From Nakamurella sp. (GTDB lineage: Bacteria; Actinomycetota; Actinomycetes; Mycobacteriales; Nakamurellaceae), in NCBI GenBank assembly GCA_035633315.1, contig DASQFG010000253.1, positions 1-39,006 on the forward strand: a stretch of 39,006 nucleotides of DNA. Direction: 5' to 3'. Shown piece by piece: positions 8,436 to 18,555 of the stretch. The stretch's first letter is position 1; every line of letters starts with the position of its first letter. The translations under genes and the position numbers were made by a program. Under the pieces are notes generated by a model. It was not told where the DNA came from and made no database searches. It saw only the letters and a program-made list of their open reading frames with translations.

Positions 8436-9713
8436 TCACCGCGTCCTCCACCGGCGCGGCGAACCCGCGGCGTCCCCGTTGATGCCGACCAGTCGCGGGC
8501 GCCCGTCGAGCCGGTCGTCGCCGTCCGGCGTGTCCCCGCCGGGCGCTGCCGAACGCCCGCCTACCGGCAGCGAGCCGGCTGCAGGCCCGGCCGGGGTGGC
8601 GGATCGACTTGCCTGGCCCGCCGACGATCCAGTGCCGCCGGACCCGATCAGCAGCGCATCGCCGTTCGGCCCGGCCTGCTCCGGCCGGAGGCCGAGGGTG
8701 CCGGTGATCCGCTTCTCGACGCCGCGAACGGTGGATGCCGGGAGTGCCGGACGCAGGTGCGCGGCGAAGTCGTCGAAAGCCTGGACGGTGGTGAAATGCG
8801 GCTGGTACCCGGCGCGCTCGAGCAACCTCGTGGTGTCCAGGACCCGGCCGGTGGTCAGCGATTCCACCTGCCGGGGCGAGAAGCCGCCGAGGCGCGCCGT
8901 CCGCATCACCCGCGAGATACCGCCAAGGGTGAACGCCGGAACGGACAGCGGCAGCCGGCCGGCCCGGTGGATGGCCTGCGCGAGCGTGAGGACGCCGTCG
9001 CCGGCGACATTCACAACGCCCGAGAAGTCTTTGATGGCAAGGTGTTCCATCACGCCGACGGCGTCAGATTCGTGGACCAGCTGGATCCGCGCGTCGCGGC
9101 CGAGGACCATCGGCACGAACGGCGACAGCGCGAAGTACCGCGTCAGCGGGGTCACCACGGTCGGGCCGATGATGTCGGCGAACCGCGGCACCGCGATCCG
9201 CACATCGGGCCGCCGGCGGCCGAAACCCCGGACATAGGCCTCGATGTCGATCGCATCGCGGGCAGGGCCGGAGGACGGGACCGACCGGGCCGGGGTCTCC
9301 TCGGTGAAGATGGCCGGGTCCCGCGAGGAGGAACCGTAGATCGCCGCGGTGGACCGCACGATGAGATTCCGCAGGCTGTCCGACCGCTGGCACGCGGCGA
9401 GCAGCTGCATGGTGCCCAGGACGTTCATCTCCTTGACCATGCTGCGCGCCGCCGACGAGGCCGGCGTCGCCGACGCCGACGCGTGCACCACCGTGTCGAC
9501 CCGGGCCGCCTCGATGACCCTGGCGATCAGCGGGTTCCGGATGTCCACCCGGGCGAAGTCCGCATCACCCATCCGGGCACGAGCGGCGGGCTCGGGCAGC
9601 GCGGCGTCCACGCCGATCACCCGGTCCACCTCGGGATGCCGCGCGAGCCGGCCGGCGAGTTCGGAACCGATGAATCGGGTGACACCCGTGACGAGGACGA
9701 CCCGACCCGCCAT
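8436..9713 (-). CDS. NAD-dependent epimerase/dehydratase (atypical SDR, Rv0501-like)
   Basis: VVLVTGVTRFIG, MKE-like VKEMNVLGTMQLLAAC, STAAIYG, DARIQLVHESD; conserved position after bS22. Confidence 0.85.
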   Translation of the reverse strand: MAGRVVLVTGVTRFIGSELAGRLARHPEVDRVIGVDAALPEPAARARMGDADFARVDIRNPLIARVIEAARVDTVVHASASATPASSAARSMVKEMNVLGTMQLLAACQRSDSLRNLIVRSTAAIYGSSSRDPAIFTEETPARSVPSSGPARDAIDIEAYVRGFGRRRPDVRIAVPRFADIIGPTVVTPLTRYFALSPFVPMVLGRDARIQLVHESDAVGVMEHLAIKDFSGVVNVAGDGVLTLAQAIHRAGRLPLSVPAFTLGGISRVMRTARLGGFSPRQVESLTTGRVLDTTRLLERAGYQPHFTTVQAFDDFAAHLRPALPASTVRGVEKRITGTLGLRPEQAGPNGDALLIGSGGTGSSAGQASRSATPAGPAAGSLPVGGRSAAPGGDTPDGDDRLDGRPRLVGINGDAAGSPRRWRTR

Positions 9714-9793
9714 GGCGGTCACACCCCTTCGACGTACGTTGTCCGGCAATCGCACCGATCGCCGCCGGGTTCAGGCCGACGGCGCCCGGCGAC

Positions 9794-9895
9794 CTACTTG
9801 CCGGCCTTACGACGCGCCACTCGGGTCTTGCGCAGCAACTTGCGGTGCTTCTTCTTGGCCATCCGCTTGCGACGCTTCTTGATGACTGAACCCAT
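9794..9895 (-). CDS. 30S ribosomal protein bS22
   Basis: [33 protein letters not shown] (33 aa), the actinobacterial bS22 signature. Confidence 0.95.
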   Translation of the reverse strand: MGSVIKKRRKRMAKKKHRKLLRKTRVARRKAGK

Positions 9896-10179
9896 GCGGT
9901 GATCTTCTCCACTGGTGATCCGCCGTGGCCCGGCGGGGTGGCGCGCGAACCGTTCTCGGACCGCTGCCGGCGGATTGCCGGACTTTCCCGTCATGCTACC
10001 GGCCGCAGCCCACGTTTCCGCTCGCGACGTCGGCCCCTCCTGGCACGCCGGCACGGCGGATGATCAGGTGTCCCGGCCACCCGGGCGGGGGATGCGTCCA
10101 GGTCAGCCGGACATGCAGCGAACCGGCACAGTCACCGAACTGAGCCGAGCCCGTCCGCCGGGCCCGTCAGCCAGGCCCG

Positions 10180-10416
10180 TCAGCCGACGTCGTTGAAGGC
10201 ATCCCGCAGGTAGTCGTGCACGGCCCGCTCCGGCACCCGGAAAGATCGCCCGACGCGCACCGCCGGAAGTTCGCCCGAATGCACCAGCCGGTACACCGTC
10301 ATGCGCGAGACCCGCATCAGCTGGGCCACTTCGGCAACCGTCAGGAACCGCATCTCGGACAGCGCCGGATCGCGCGGGGGCGGCTGTTTCGGCGGTCGAT
10401 CGTCTCGTGCGGGCAT
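10180..10416 (-). CDS. Small excisionase-family HTH DNA-binding protein (Rv0500A-like)
   Basis: FLTVAEVAQLMRVSRMTVYRLVHSGELPAVRVGRSFRVPE; core gene between proC and bS22. Confidence 0.92.
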   Translation of the reverse strand: MPARDDRPPKQPPPRDPALSEMRFLTVAEVAQLMRVSRMTVYRLVHSGELPAVRVGRSFRVPERAVHDYLRDAFNDVG

Positions 10417-10672
10417 CAGGACACCGTCTTCCGGCACGTTTCGCGCCCGCCGGCTTCCCCACCGGTGGGCAACATACGTACGTGCTCTATGAACTCTAGC
10501 GTGACAGGTGGGACTAGCGCGATGGGTAGTTTCCGCAGGCAGCGGCCCCACGCGGGGCTTCGCTACCCGACCGCGTCGGCACCGTCGGTCGGGGAAACGG
10601 CGTGCAACCGCCTCGTTGCGTCCTGCACAGTGCGCGCCATAGCGAGCGTTCTGCAGCACGCAACGCACTGGG

Positions 10673-11485
10673 TCAGGCCCCGTTGTGCGACCTCCCCAGT
10701 TCCGCCGACCGCACCGCGGCGGCCTCGATCGCGGACAGCAGGGCGGCCCGGACCGCGTGGTTCTCCAGCTCCCGGATCGCCGCGATGGTCGTCCCGCCCG
10801 GTGACGTGACGGCCTCGCGCAGAGCCACCGGGTGCTCGCCGGTCTCGCGCAGCATCCTGGCCGCGCCGACCGCCGACTGGATGATCAACTCGGTCGAGAC
10901 GTTGCGCGGCAGGCCGAGCAGGATGCCGGCGTCGATCATCGCCTCGACCAGGTAGAAGAAGTACGCCGGTCCGGAGCCGGACAGGGCGGTGACGGCGTCC
11001 TGCTGGGCCTCTGGCACCCGGACCACCTTGCCCACGGTGGACAGCAGGTCATCGACGAGCTGCAGGTGCTCGGGCTGCGCGTGCGAACCCGCGGAGATCG
11101 CGCTCATGGCCTCGCCGACCAGCATCGGAGTGTTGGGCATCACCCGCACCACGGGTGTGCCGGCGGGCAGGTGCCGTTCGTACAGCGCGGTGGGCAGCCC
11201 GGCGCACAGCGACACCACCAACGTTCCCGGTTTGATCGACCAGGACAGCGCGTGCAGCAGCGGGTCGATGTCCTGCGGCTTCACCGCCACGATCAGCACG
11301 TCGGCGACCGCGGCGGCCTCGTCGGTTTCCACCCCTCGGACGCCGTACTTGGCGGTCAGCTCCGCCACCCGCTCCGGGTACCGCTCGGTGAACAGCAGGG
11401 ATTCCGGGGAGCGACCGGCCCCCAGCAGCCCCGCCAGCATGGCCTCACCGATCTTGCCCGCGCCCAGAATGGCGATCGTCGTCAT
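10673..11485 (-). CDS. proC: Pyrroline-5-carboxylate reductase
   Basis: IAILGAGKIG, VAVKPQD, VRVMPNTP, TALSGSGPAY, VTSPGGTT; start trimmed to ATG 11485. Confidence 0.97.
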   Translation of the reverse strand: MTTIAILGAGKIGEAMLAGLLGAGRSPESLLFTERYPERVAELTAKYGVRGVETDEAAAVADVLIVAVKPQDIDPLLHALSWSIKPGTLVVSLCAGLPTALYERHLPAGTPVVRVMPNTPMLVGEAMSAISAGSHAQPEHLQLVDDLLSTVGKVVRVPEAQQDAVTALSGSGPAYFFYLVEAMIDAGILLGLPRNVSTELIIQSAVGAARMLRETGEHPVALREAVTSPGGTTIAAIRELENHAVRAALLSAIEAAAVRSAELGRSHNGA

Positions 11486-11579
11486 GGCGATCAGGGTGCC
11501 ACGGCTTGCTCCCCGAGTGCGCGCCCGGCCTGGTCGATCAAATGCTGTGGTAGCTCCATCCTGGGACCCGGAAGAAGAG

Positions 11580-11836
11580 CTAGGCTTTGGTGGCGATGGC
11601 GTCGGCCGTGTCCGCGTACTTCGCATTCGCGTGCACGGTGGCCGACACCGAGTACGAGTCGAACGGATACTGCTGCACGATGCCGATGCGGGCAGCACGA
11701 TCCCCTGGGGCGCGAGCGGCTCGCCGGCCGGGAAGTGAGGGCCGCCTGCCCGCTCACCGCCGGCTCGACCCGCACCTCGATCTCACCCGTCAGCAGGCCC
11801 GAAGCATCCAGCAAGTCGGGAGAAGCGAACCCTTGA
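11580..11836 (-). pseudogene. Frameshifted gene remnant, DUF4436-like
   Basis: Three successive frames read DLLDASGLLTGEIEVRVEPAVSGQAALT / FPAGEPLAPQGIVLPA / IGIVQQYPFDSYSVSATVHANAKYADTADAIATKA-stop with strong GC3 bias. Family guess rests on the recalled (W/Y)PFDxY motif. Confidence 0.45.
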
Positions 11837-12991
11837 TCATCTTGACGTTGCCATCACCAGGGCGGTGGCGGTGGCCGCCCGGCCCTCACCTCGGCCGGTC
11901 AGCCCGAGGCCGTCAGTGGTGGTGCCGGCGACCGACACCGGCGCGCCCAGCACCGCCGACAGTGCGCGCTCCGCCTCCGCCCGCCGCGACGACAGCCGCG
12001 GGGTGTTGGCGATCACCTGAACGGCAGCGTTGACCACCGAGAAACCGGCATCGTGCACCCGGCGCACTACCTCGGACAGCAACGTCGCCCCCGAGGCGGC
12101 GGCCCACCGCGGATCGTCGGTGCCGAAGACCGCGCCGAGATCGCCGAGGCCGCAGGCCGACAGCAGCGCATCACAGATCGCGTGCGCAGCGACGTCACCG
12201 TCGGAGTGACCCGAGCAACCGTCGACACCGGGGAACTCGAGGCCACCCACCCAACACGGTCGTCCGGATTCGATCGGGTGCACGTCGGTGCCGGTGCCCA
12301 CTCGCAGATCGGGTGTGCCGGTCGACGACATCAGGCGCTGGGCGTCCGCCAGGTCCGCCGGAGTGGTGATCTTGAAGGCGGACCGGTCGCCGGGAACGGT
12401 GGTCACCGGGATATCCAACGCCTCGACCAGTCCGGCGTCGTCGGTGATCCCGTTTGTGATCAGGTCGGCGCCTGCGCCGGCGTGCGCCCGACGCAACACG
12501 GCGGGCGAGAACCCCTGCGGCGTCTGGACAATGCGCAGCACCTCGCGATCGACGGTGCCCGCCACCGAGCCGTCCGGGTGCAGCGAACGGACGGTGTCGG
12601 TCACCGGCAGCACCGGGACAACCGCGGCGGCGCCGTCGCGGACCGCACCGATCACGCGCTGAATCATCGACTCCGGCGCGAAGGAACGGGCCGCATCGTG
12701 AACGAGGATCACCTCGGCGTCGTCACCGGCCACGGCCAGCGCGGCGGACACCGAGCTCACCCGATCGGCCCCGCCGACCACCACGGTCGCCCTGTCGCCC
12801 AGCAGTTCTCGAGCCCACGACAATTGCTCCCGCGGCACCGCCACGACAACCCGATCCACGCCGGCCGCGAGCAGACGGTCGACCGCGTGCACGAGCAGAG
12901 CGCGGCCGACCACCGTCACAAAAGCCTTCGGGACATCAGCGCCCAACCGTTCACCGCTGCCCGCTGCGGGCACCAGTGCGACGACGCTCAT
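11837..12991 (-). CDS. ispDF: Bifunctional IspD/IspF (MEP pathway)
   Basis: IspD motifs [41 protein letters not shown], continuing in frame into IspF motifs [39 protein letters not shown]. Confidence 0.93.
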   Translation of the reverse strand: MSVVALVPAAGSGERLGADVPKAFVTVVGRALLVHAVDRLLAAGVDRVVVAVPREQLSWARELLGDRATVVVGGADRVSSVSAALAVAGDDAEVILVHDAARSFAPESMIQRVIGAVRDGAAAVVPVLPVTDTVRSLHPDGSVAGTVDREVLRIVQTPQGFSPAVLRRAHAGAGADLITNGITDDAGLVEALDIPVTTVPGDRSAFKITTPADLADAQRLMSSTGTPDLRVGTGTDVHPIESGRPCWVGGLEFPGVDGCSGHSDGDVAAHAICDALLSACGLGDLGAVFGTDDPRWAAASGATLLSEVVRRVHDAGFSVVNAAVQVIANTPRLSSRRAEAERALSAVLGAPVSVAGTTTDGLGLTGRGEGRAATATALVMATSR

Positions 12992-13024
12992 GTTCCGAAG
13001 GCTTGTGACAGGACGGCGCTTCGA

Positions 13025-13507
13025 TCAGGAAGCCAGGACCTCGTCGAGAATTCCCTCGGCCTTGACCTCGTTCGTGCCCTCGGCCAGCGCCAACTCGGAC
13101 ACCAAGATCTGCCGGGCCTTGGCGAGCATGCGCTTCTCGCCGGCCGACAATCCACGCTCGCGATCCCGGCGCCACAGGTCACGAACGACCTCGGCCACCT
13201 TGTTCACGTCGCCGGAGGCCAGTTTCTCGAGGTTGGCCTTGTAGCGCCGCGACCAGTTCGTCGGCTCCTCGGTGTGCGGGGCCCGCAACACCTCGAATAC
13301 ATGGTCGAGTCCCGTCCGGTCGACAACGTCGCGCACTCCGACGATCTCGGCATTGTCAGCGGGGACCTTCACGGTCAGATCGCCTTGAGCGATCTTGAGA
13401 ACCAGATAAAGCCTCTCCACACCTTTGACGGTGCGGGTTTCGGTGGCCTGGATGAGTGCCGCCCCGTGATGGGGGTAGACAACAGTTTCTCCGACGTTGA
13501 AAACCAT
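13025..13507 (-). CDS. carD: RNA polymerase-binding transcription factor CarD
   Basis: [44 protein letters not shown]. Confidence 0.97.
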   Translation of the reverse strand: MVFNVGETVVYPHHGAALIQATETRTVKGVERLYLVLKIAQGDLTVKVPADNAEIVGVRDVVDRTGLDHVFEVLRAPHTEEPTNWSRRYKANLEKLASGDVNKVAEVVRDLWRRDRERGLSAGEKRMLAKARQILVSELALAEGTNEVKAEGILDEVLAS

Positions 13508-13909
13508 GAGTGTTCAAGACCCCTTTCGCTGAACCCATCTTACCACGCTTCGCGCTGGGCCGGTGCTGTTGTCGCAGGTCAGGGCCTATGGTCGCACTTG
13601 ACAAACCCGGGCCGCTCGTGCTCAGGCAGGTCAGCGCGGGGTCAGGGCAGGGTAGGGCTGAGTCCGAGCCGGGTCGATGCGCGATCTGTTCCCGATCAAG
13701 TCCCGGTCCAAACGGCCGCGGCCGGAACGCGGGCGCCAACACCGGGCCGCCCGCGTTGGCGCGCCCGACGCGCACGTCACCGGGTGCGCCAGCTAACCTC
13801 ACTGCAGGATTGCGCCGCTCGCGGCAATGGTGGGCGCGGTGCAACCGTCCCGCTCGCAAGTGCCTGAACCAAGTGCCGTGAACGAATTGCCGAGAAGAGG
13901 GGAACCGCC

Positions 13910-14542
13910 GTGTCCCGCACCGCCCGCCTCCCGCGCCGGGTGCTCTTTCCCGCAGCGTTGGTCTTTGCCGCGGCATGTCTCACGCTGAGCGGCTGCGCCG
14001 CCGGTCAGATATCCCAGACCGCCGACCAGGTCGCCGCCATCGACGGCGCCAACGGCAGCGTCGGCGACATCACCGTGCTCAACGCACGTTTGGCCCCGGT
14101 CGAAGGAGAGGGCTACGCGCAGGGTTCGAACGGACGCCTGCTGCTGTGGATCTCCAACGGCGGCCTGTCCGCGGACACGCTGAGCCAGGTCAGCACTCCC
14201 GCGGCCGACTCGGTGCGCATCGTCGGCGACGACAGCATCCCGGGGCAGTACCTGGCCGACCTGAGCTCGCTGACCGGCACCAGGGTGGTCGTCACCAACT
14301 TCACCCAGGACGTCCCGCACGGCCAGTCCATCCCCATGACGTTCTCCTTCGAGAACGCCGGCACGCTGAACCTGGACATTCCGATCGAGATCCCCAGCGA
14401 CCGCAGCGGCGACCGCCCGACGGTGGACATCCAGCCGCCGCATCCGACGCCGCTGTGGGAAGAGGATCCCAGCGGTGAGGCCGCCGGTGCGGCCCCGGAA
14501 CCCACGGCCGAGCCGACCGCGGCCACCACGACCACCGGCTGA
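13910..14542 (+). CDS. Lipoprotein, LpqE-like
   Basis: Signal peptide with lipobox LSGC, then AAGQISQTADQVAAIDGANG; divergent from carD as in mycobacteria. Confidence 0.8.
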   Translation: MSRTARLPRRVLFPAALVFAAACLTLSGCAAGQISQTADQVAAIDGANGSVGDITVLNARLAPVEGEGYAQGSNGRLLLWISNGGLSADTLSQVSTPAADSVRIVGDDSIPGQYLADLSSLTGTRVVVTNFTQDVPHGQSIPMTFSFENAGTLNLDIPIEIPSDRSGDRPTVDIQPPHPTPLWEEDPSGEAAGAAPEPTAEPTAATTTTG

Positions 14543-14594
14543 GCTGCCGCGCCGATGGACCCGTGCGTCACGGCGGCGCGGCAGAAGGACTGAC

Positions 14595-14616
14595 TGTCGG
14601 TCCTCCGCTCTAGGGT
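14595..14616 (+). promoter_or_regulatory. PafBC-dependent (RecA-NDp type) DNA-damage promoter of radA
   Basis: TGTCGG-N10-TAGGGT, with the radA ATG 7 nt after the -10 (leaderless). Confidence 0.75.
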
Positions 14617-14623
14617 TCGGCCC

Positions 14624-16057
14624 ATGAGATCCACTCCCATCACCAAGGCGGCCAGAACCACCCGGTCGGCGCCGAGCCTGGGTTACCAGTGCGGCGAGTG
14701 CGGTCATACCGCCACCAAATGGCACGGGCGCTGTCCCGAGTGCCAGGCGTGGGGAACGTTGCTGGAAGCCGGTCCCGCCAGGGTCGCGCTGCGCCGGGTC
14801 TCTCCGGGGGCGGTCACCACACCGGCCGCTCGGATCGACCAGGTGTCCGCCGAGCTCGTCGGTCCGCGACCCAGCGGGCTCGGCGAACTCGACCGGGTGC
14901 TCGGCGGGGGTCTGATCCCCGGCGGGGTCGTCCTGCTGGCCGGTGAACCAGGGGTGGGCAAGTCGACGTTGCTGCTCTCGGCGGCCAAGGCGTGGGCAGC
15001 CAGCGGGCAGGGACGGGTGCTGATCGTCACCGGCGAGGAGTCGGTGCCCCAGGTCCGCCGCCGCGCCGACCGGATGGGCGCGCTGCATCCCGACATCTTC
15101 CTGGCCGCGGAGAACGAACTGGGGGCGGTGCTGGGCCATCTGGACCAGGTTCGGCCCAAGCTGGTCATCGTCGACTCCGTGCAGACCATCTCCACCGCCG
15201 AGGTCGAAGGCAGCGCCGGCGGCGTGAGCCAGGTGCGTGCCGTCGCCGCTGCGCTCACCGCGGCGGCCAAGGAGCGCGACATCGCCTGCGTGCTGGTGGG
15301 GCACGTCACCAAGGACGGCGCGATTGCCGGCCCGCGGGTGCTCGAACACCTGGTCGACGTGGTGCTGCATTTCGAGGGCGAGCGCCATTCCAGCCTGCGG
15401 CTGATCCGCGGCGTGAAGAACCGCTACGGGCCCTCCGACGAAGTGGGCTGCTTCCAGATGGTGCCCGACGGGATCGTGGGTCTGGCCGATCCCTCCGGGC
15501 TGTTCCTGTCCGCCAGGGGATCACCGGTGCCGGGCACCTGCGCCACCGTGACCATGCAGGGCAGGCGCGCGCTTCCGGTCGAGGTGCAGAGCCTGATCGC
15601 GCCCGCGGGCGGGGAGGTCAGCCGCAGGACCGTGTCCGGACTGGACTCGGCTCGCACCGCCATGGTGCTCGCGGTGCTGCAGCGGTGGGGCGGCGTCGCG
15701 CTGGGCGGTCAGGACGTGCTGGCCGCGACGATCGGCGGAGCCAAGATGATCGAGCCGGCCGCCGACCTGCCGTTGGCGCTGGCCGTGTGGTCGTCGGCGC
15801 GGGACATCCCGTTGGCTCGTGGCCTGGTGGTGATGGGCGAGCTGGGGCTCTCCGCTGAGGTGCGTCCGATCGCCGGGGTCGACCGTCGGCTGATCGAGGC
15901 GAGCCGGCTCGGGTTCGATCACGCCGTGGTGCCCAGCGGTTCCGTCACCGGCCGGCCGAACGGGATGCGGGTGGACGAGGTATCCAATCTGGGCGATGCC
16001 TTCCGATCCCTCGGCAACGACGATGGGGTGGTCCAATGGCTGCGCCGACGCAAGTAG
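14624..16057 (+). CDS. radA: DNA repair protein RadA/Sms
   Basis: Zn finger CGECG..WHGRCPEC, GEPGVGKSTLL, IVDSVQT, KNRYG. Confidence 0.97.
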   Translation: MRSTPITKAARTTRSAPSLGYQCGECGHTATKWHGRCPECQAWGTLLEAGPARVALRRVSPGAVTTPAARIDQVSAELVGPRPSGLGELDRVLGGGLIPGGVVLLAGEPGVGKSTLLLSAAKAWAASGQGRVLIVTGEESVPQVRRRADRMGALHPDIFLAAENELGAVLGHLDQVRPKLVIVDSVQTISTAEVEGSAGGVSQVRAVAAALTAAAKERDIACVLVGHVTKDGAIAGPRVLEHLVDVVLHFEGERHSSLRLIRGVKNRYGPSDEVGCFQMVPDGIVGLADPSGLFLSARGSPVPGTCATVTMQGRRALPVEVQSLIAPAGGEVSRRTVSGLDSARTAMVLAVLQRWGGVALGGQDVLAATIGGAKMIEPAADLPLALAVWSSARDIPLARGLVVMGELGLSAEVRPIAGVDRRLIEASRLGFDHAVVPSGSVTGRPNGMRVDEVSNLGDAFRSLGNDDGVVQWLRRRK

Positions 16058-16174
16058 GGGCGACGGAAGTAGGCGGCCCCGAGCCGGCCGGGGAACCGCC
16101 TGAGCCTCGCCGAACCGGTACGTCATCCGGGCGGTCCTAGACTGGGGCGCAAGTGGCTGGTAGGGGAGGTCGGG

Positions 16175-17263
16175 GTGGAGGACCGCACGAGCGTTTCTGC
16201 GCAACGTGCCGTCCTGGCCCGGGTGGCCCCCGGTACGCCGCTGCGCGAGGGGCTGGAACGGATCTTGCGCGGCCGGACCGGTGCGTTGATCGTGCTCGGC
16301 TTCGACCAGGGCGTGGAAGACCTCTGTGACGGCGGCTTCCGGCTGGATGTCGAGTTCTCGTCGACCCGCCTGCGCGAGCTGTGCAAGATGGACGGCGCGG
16401 TGGTGCTCACCGACGACGGCACCCGGATCCTGCGGGCGAACGTCCAGCTGACCCCTGATTCGACGATCCCGACGGTCGAATCGGGCACCCGGCACCGGAC
16501 GGCGGAGCGGACGGGGCTGCAGACCGGCCACCCGGTGATCGCGGTCAGTCATTCGATGTCGATCATCAGCCTGTACTTCGGCGGGCGCCGGCATGTCGTC
16601 GCCGATCCGCCGACCATCCTCGGCCGCGCCAATCAGGCGCTGGCCACCCTGCAGCGTTACAAGTTCCGGTTGGACGAGGTGGCCAGGGCGCTGTCCGCGC
16701 TGGAGATCGAGGACTTCGCGACGTTGCGGGACGCGACGACGGTGCTGCAGCGGCTGCTGATGGTCCGCCGGATCGCCGACGAACTGACCAGCAACGTGGT
16801 CGAACTCGGCACCGACGGCCGGCTGCTCGGTCTGCAGCTGGAGGAGATGCTCAGCGGCACCCATGGTCTGGCCGAGCTGCTGATCCGCGACTACCTGCCG
16901 GGCGAGGAAGACCCCCAGCGGGTCGACGAGATCGCTGTGGCGCTGGACGATCTCGACGAGGTCGACCTGCTGGACCTGACGTCCGTCGCGCGGACGCTGG
17001 GTCTGCCGACCCAATCGGATGCGCTCGATGCGCCGGTCAGCCCTCGCGGGCATCGGCTGCTGGCCGGGATCCCGCGGCTGCCACCGGCCGTGCTGGATCG
17101 GCTGATCGCCCACTTCGGCAATCTGCAGGGGTTGCTCGCCGCCACCGCCGCGGACCTGCAGGAGGTCGAGGGGGTCGGCGAGGCGCGGGCCCGGGTCGTG
17201 CGCGAGGGTCTGTCACGGCTTGCCGAGTCGTCGATCGTCGACAGGTACGGCTCGGCCCTGTAA
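16175..17263 (+). CDS. disA: DNA integrity scanning diadenylate cyclase DisA
   Basis: [21 protein letters not shown]-terminal Hh[13 protein letters not shown]; follows radA. Confidence 0.96.
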   Translation: MEDRTSVSAQRAVLARVAPGTPLREGLERILRGRTGALIVLGFDQGVEDLCDGGFRLDVEFSSTRLRELCKMDGAVVLTDDGTRILRANVQLTPDSTIPTVESGTRHRTAERTGLQTGHPVIAVSHSMSIISLYFGGRRHVVADPPTILGRANQALATLQRYKFRLDEVARALSALEIEDFATLRDATTVLQRLLMVRRIADELTSNVVELGTDGRLLGLQLEEMLSGTHGLAELLIRDYLPGEEDPQRVDEIAVALDDLDEVDLLDLTSVARTLGLPTQSDALDAPVSPRGHRLLAGIPRLPPAVLDRLIAHFGNLQGLLAATAADLQEVEGVGEARARVVREGLSRLAESSIVDRYGSAL

Positions 17264-17561
17264 CTGCGGGGGCAGTCCCACCGCGTGCGGGCGACGGCCC
17301 CACATTGTCTTGCAGCGGATACACGTCGACGCCGCTCTGCGCCGCTGGCGTATCGCCGGGGGCCCTGTGGCGGCCCCGACCCCGCGCCGCCCGCGCCGAC
17401 CCCTTGCTGCAGCACGAGCAACGCTCCCACGGCACGAGCAGCGCCCCGGCACCGAGAGCACCGAGAGCACCGTGCGCATGCCATAGCGGCGTCGGCGTCG
17501 GCGCTGCGCCCGACCGGCGGGCGCGTCCGCCGGCGCGGAGCCGTCGGATCGTTCGGCGCGG

Positions 17562-18497
17562 TCAGCCCGTCACGGTGAACGGGGCAGGCGGGCTGGACAA
17601 CCCGCCGAGCTGCCCGATCACCGTGTAGCTACCCGCCGGGGCAGCGGAGCGTTCGCCGGTGCAGCCGGGTGCGGAGGTCGTGCCCGACCATTTGATCGTG
17701 TACTGGAGTTGCTGACCGGGCGTCAGCTCCCGGACCTCGGTGCCGGTGCCGGGGAAGCAATCCGCGGTCGAGAAGATCCTGCTGCCATCCGCACCGAACA
17801 CGATGAACGTCTGAAGGGAACCCGACACATCGCGTTGGCAGACCTGGGTTCCGCTATTGGTCACGATGAGCAGCAGCCGGGGCTGGTCCCCCACCGCGAA
17901 GGCCGCTGCGGAAGGCGCTGCGGTCAGGGAGATATCCGCGTCGGCGCACAGCAGCTTGCCCTGTGCGTCATACGACGGCGGGGGCGGAGCGGGGGCTGGC
18001 GCCGGAGCGGCGGCGGGGGCGGGGGCCTCCGGAGTGGCCGCGGTCGCCTCCGGAGTGGCAGCGGGCGTAGCGGCAGCCGGCTCGGAAGCAGCCGGCGCTG
18101 CTGCCGCCGCGGGATCGGACGCCGCGGGATCGGACGCAGCGGGATCGGACGCAGCGGCCGAGGGTGCCGAGCTGACCGGCACAGACGAGATCACCGGCGG
18201 TGACCCCGCCGAAGCAAACCCGGTGCCGGAGGCGGACGGAGCGACCGACCCCGACACCGCGGACGATTTGGTCGGCACCGGCGAGATGGCGGTGGACCCG
18301 GCCAGTTCGCCGGTCAGGGTGGGCGCAGCGGCGGAAGTAGCGGCGTTCACCGCGGCTTCGGAAACCGCGGAGGACCGGGAGGACCGGGTCGCCAGGAACC
18401 ACACCATGCCGATCAGTACTGCGACTGCGAGCACAACTGCGGCGACTCTGCGAACCCAGTAGACCTTCGGCGTCTGAGGCCCAACGGGGTGCATCAC
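17562..18497 (-). CDS. Membrane-anchored Ala/Pro-rich protein (Rv3587c-like)
   Basis: PVGPQTPKVYWVRR, one TM helix, low-complexity linker and C-terminal Cys-containing domain (..WSGTTSAPGC..PAGSY). Leaderless GTG 7 nt after TACCGT. Confidence 0.8.
   Translation of the reverse strand: MMHPVGPQTPKVYWVRRVAAVVLAVAVLIGMVWFLATRSSRSSAVSEAAVNAATSAAAPTLTGELAGSTAISPVPTKSSAVSGSVAPSASGTGFASAGSPPVISSVPVSSAPSAAASDPAASDPAASDPAAAAAPAASEPAAATPAATPEATAATPEAPAPAAAPAPAPAPPPPSYDAQGKLLCADADISLTAAPSAAAFAVGDQPRLLLIVTNSGTQVCQRDVSGSLQTFIVFGADGSRIFSTADCFPGTGTEVRELTPGQQLQYTIKWSGTTSAPGCTGERSAAPAGSYTVIGQLGGLSSPPAPFTVTG
18109..18155. repeat. In-frame 15-bp tandem repeat encoding (AASDP)x3
   Basis: gcgggatcggacgc(c/a) repeated three times. 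Confidence 0.85.
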
Positions 18498-18555
18498 GTC
18501 AGCGACGGTAGTCTCGGGTTTCGCCATTCTTGGGAGCAACGCCGAGGAGCAGAGT

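Noticed and set aside
10180..10416. Excisionase as a sign of a prophage or integrative element
   Set aside because: It is the conserved core HTH gene between proC and bS22; no integrase or att site is nearby.
13575..13650. Repeated GCAGGTCAG words in the carD-lipoprotein intergenic region
   Set aside because: Short, irregularly spaced and common in actinomycete intergenic DNA; no function can be supported.
15342..15357. LexA box-like TCGAACACCTGGTCGA
   Set aside because: It lies inside radA and is explained by the conserved LEHLVD codons.
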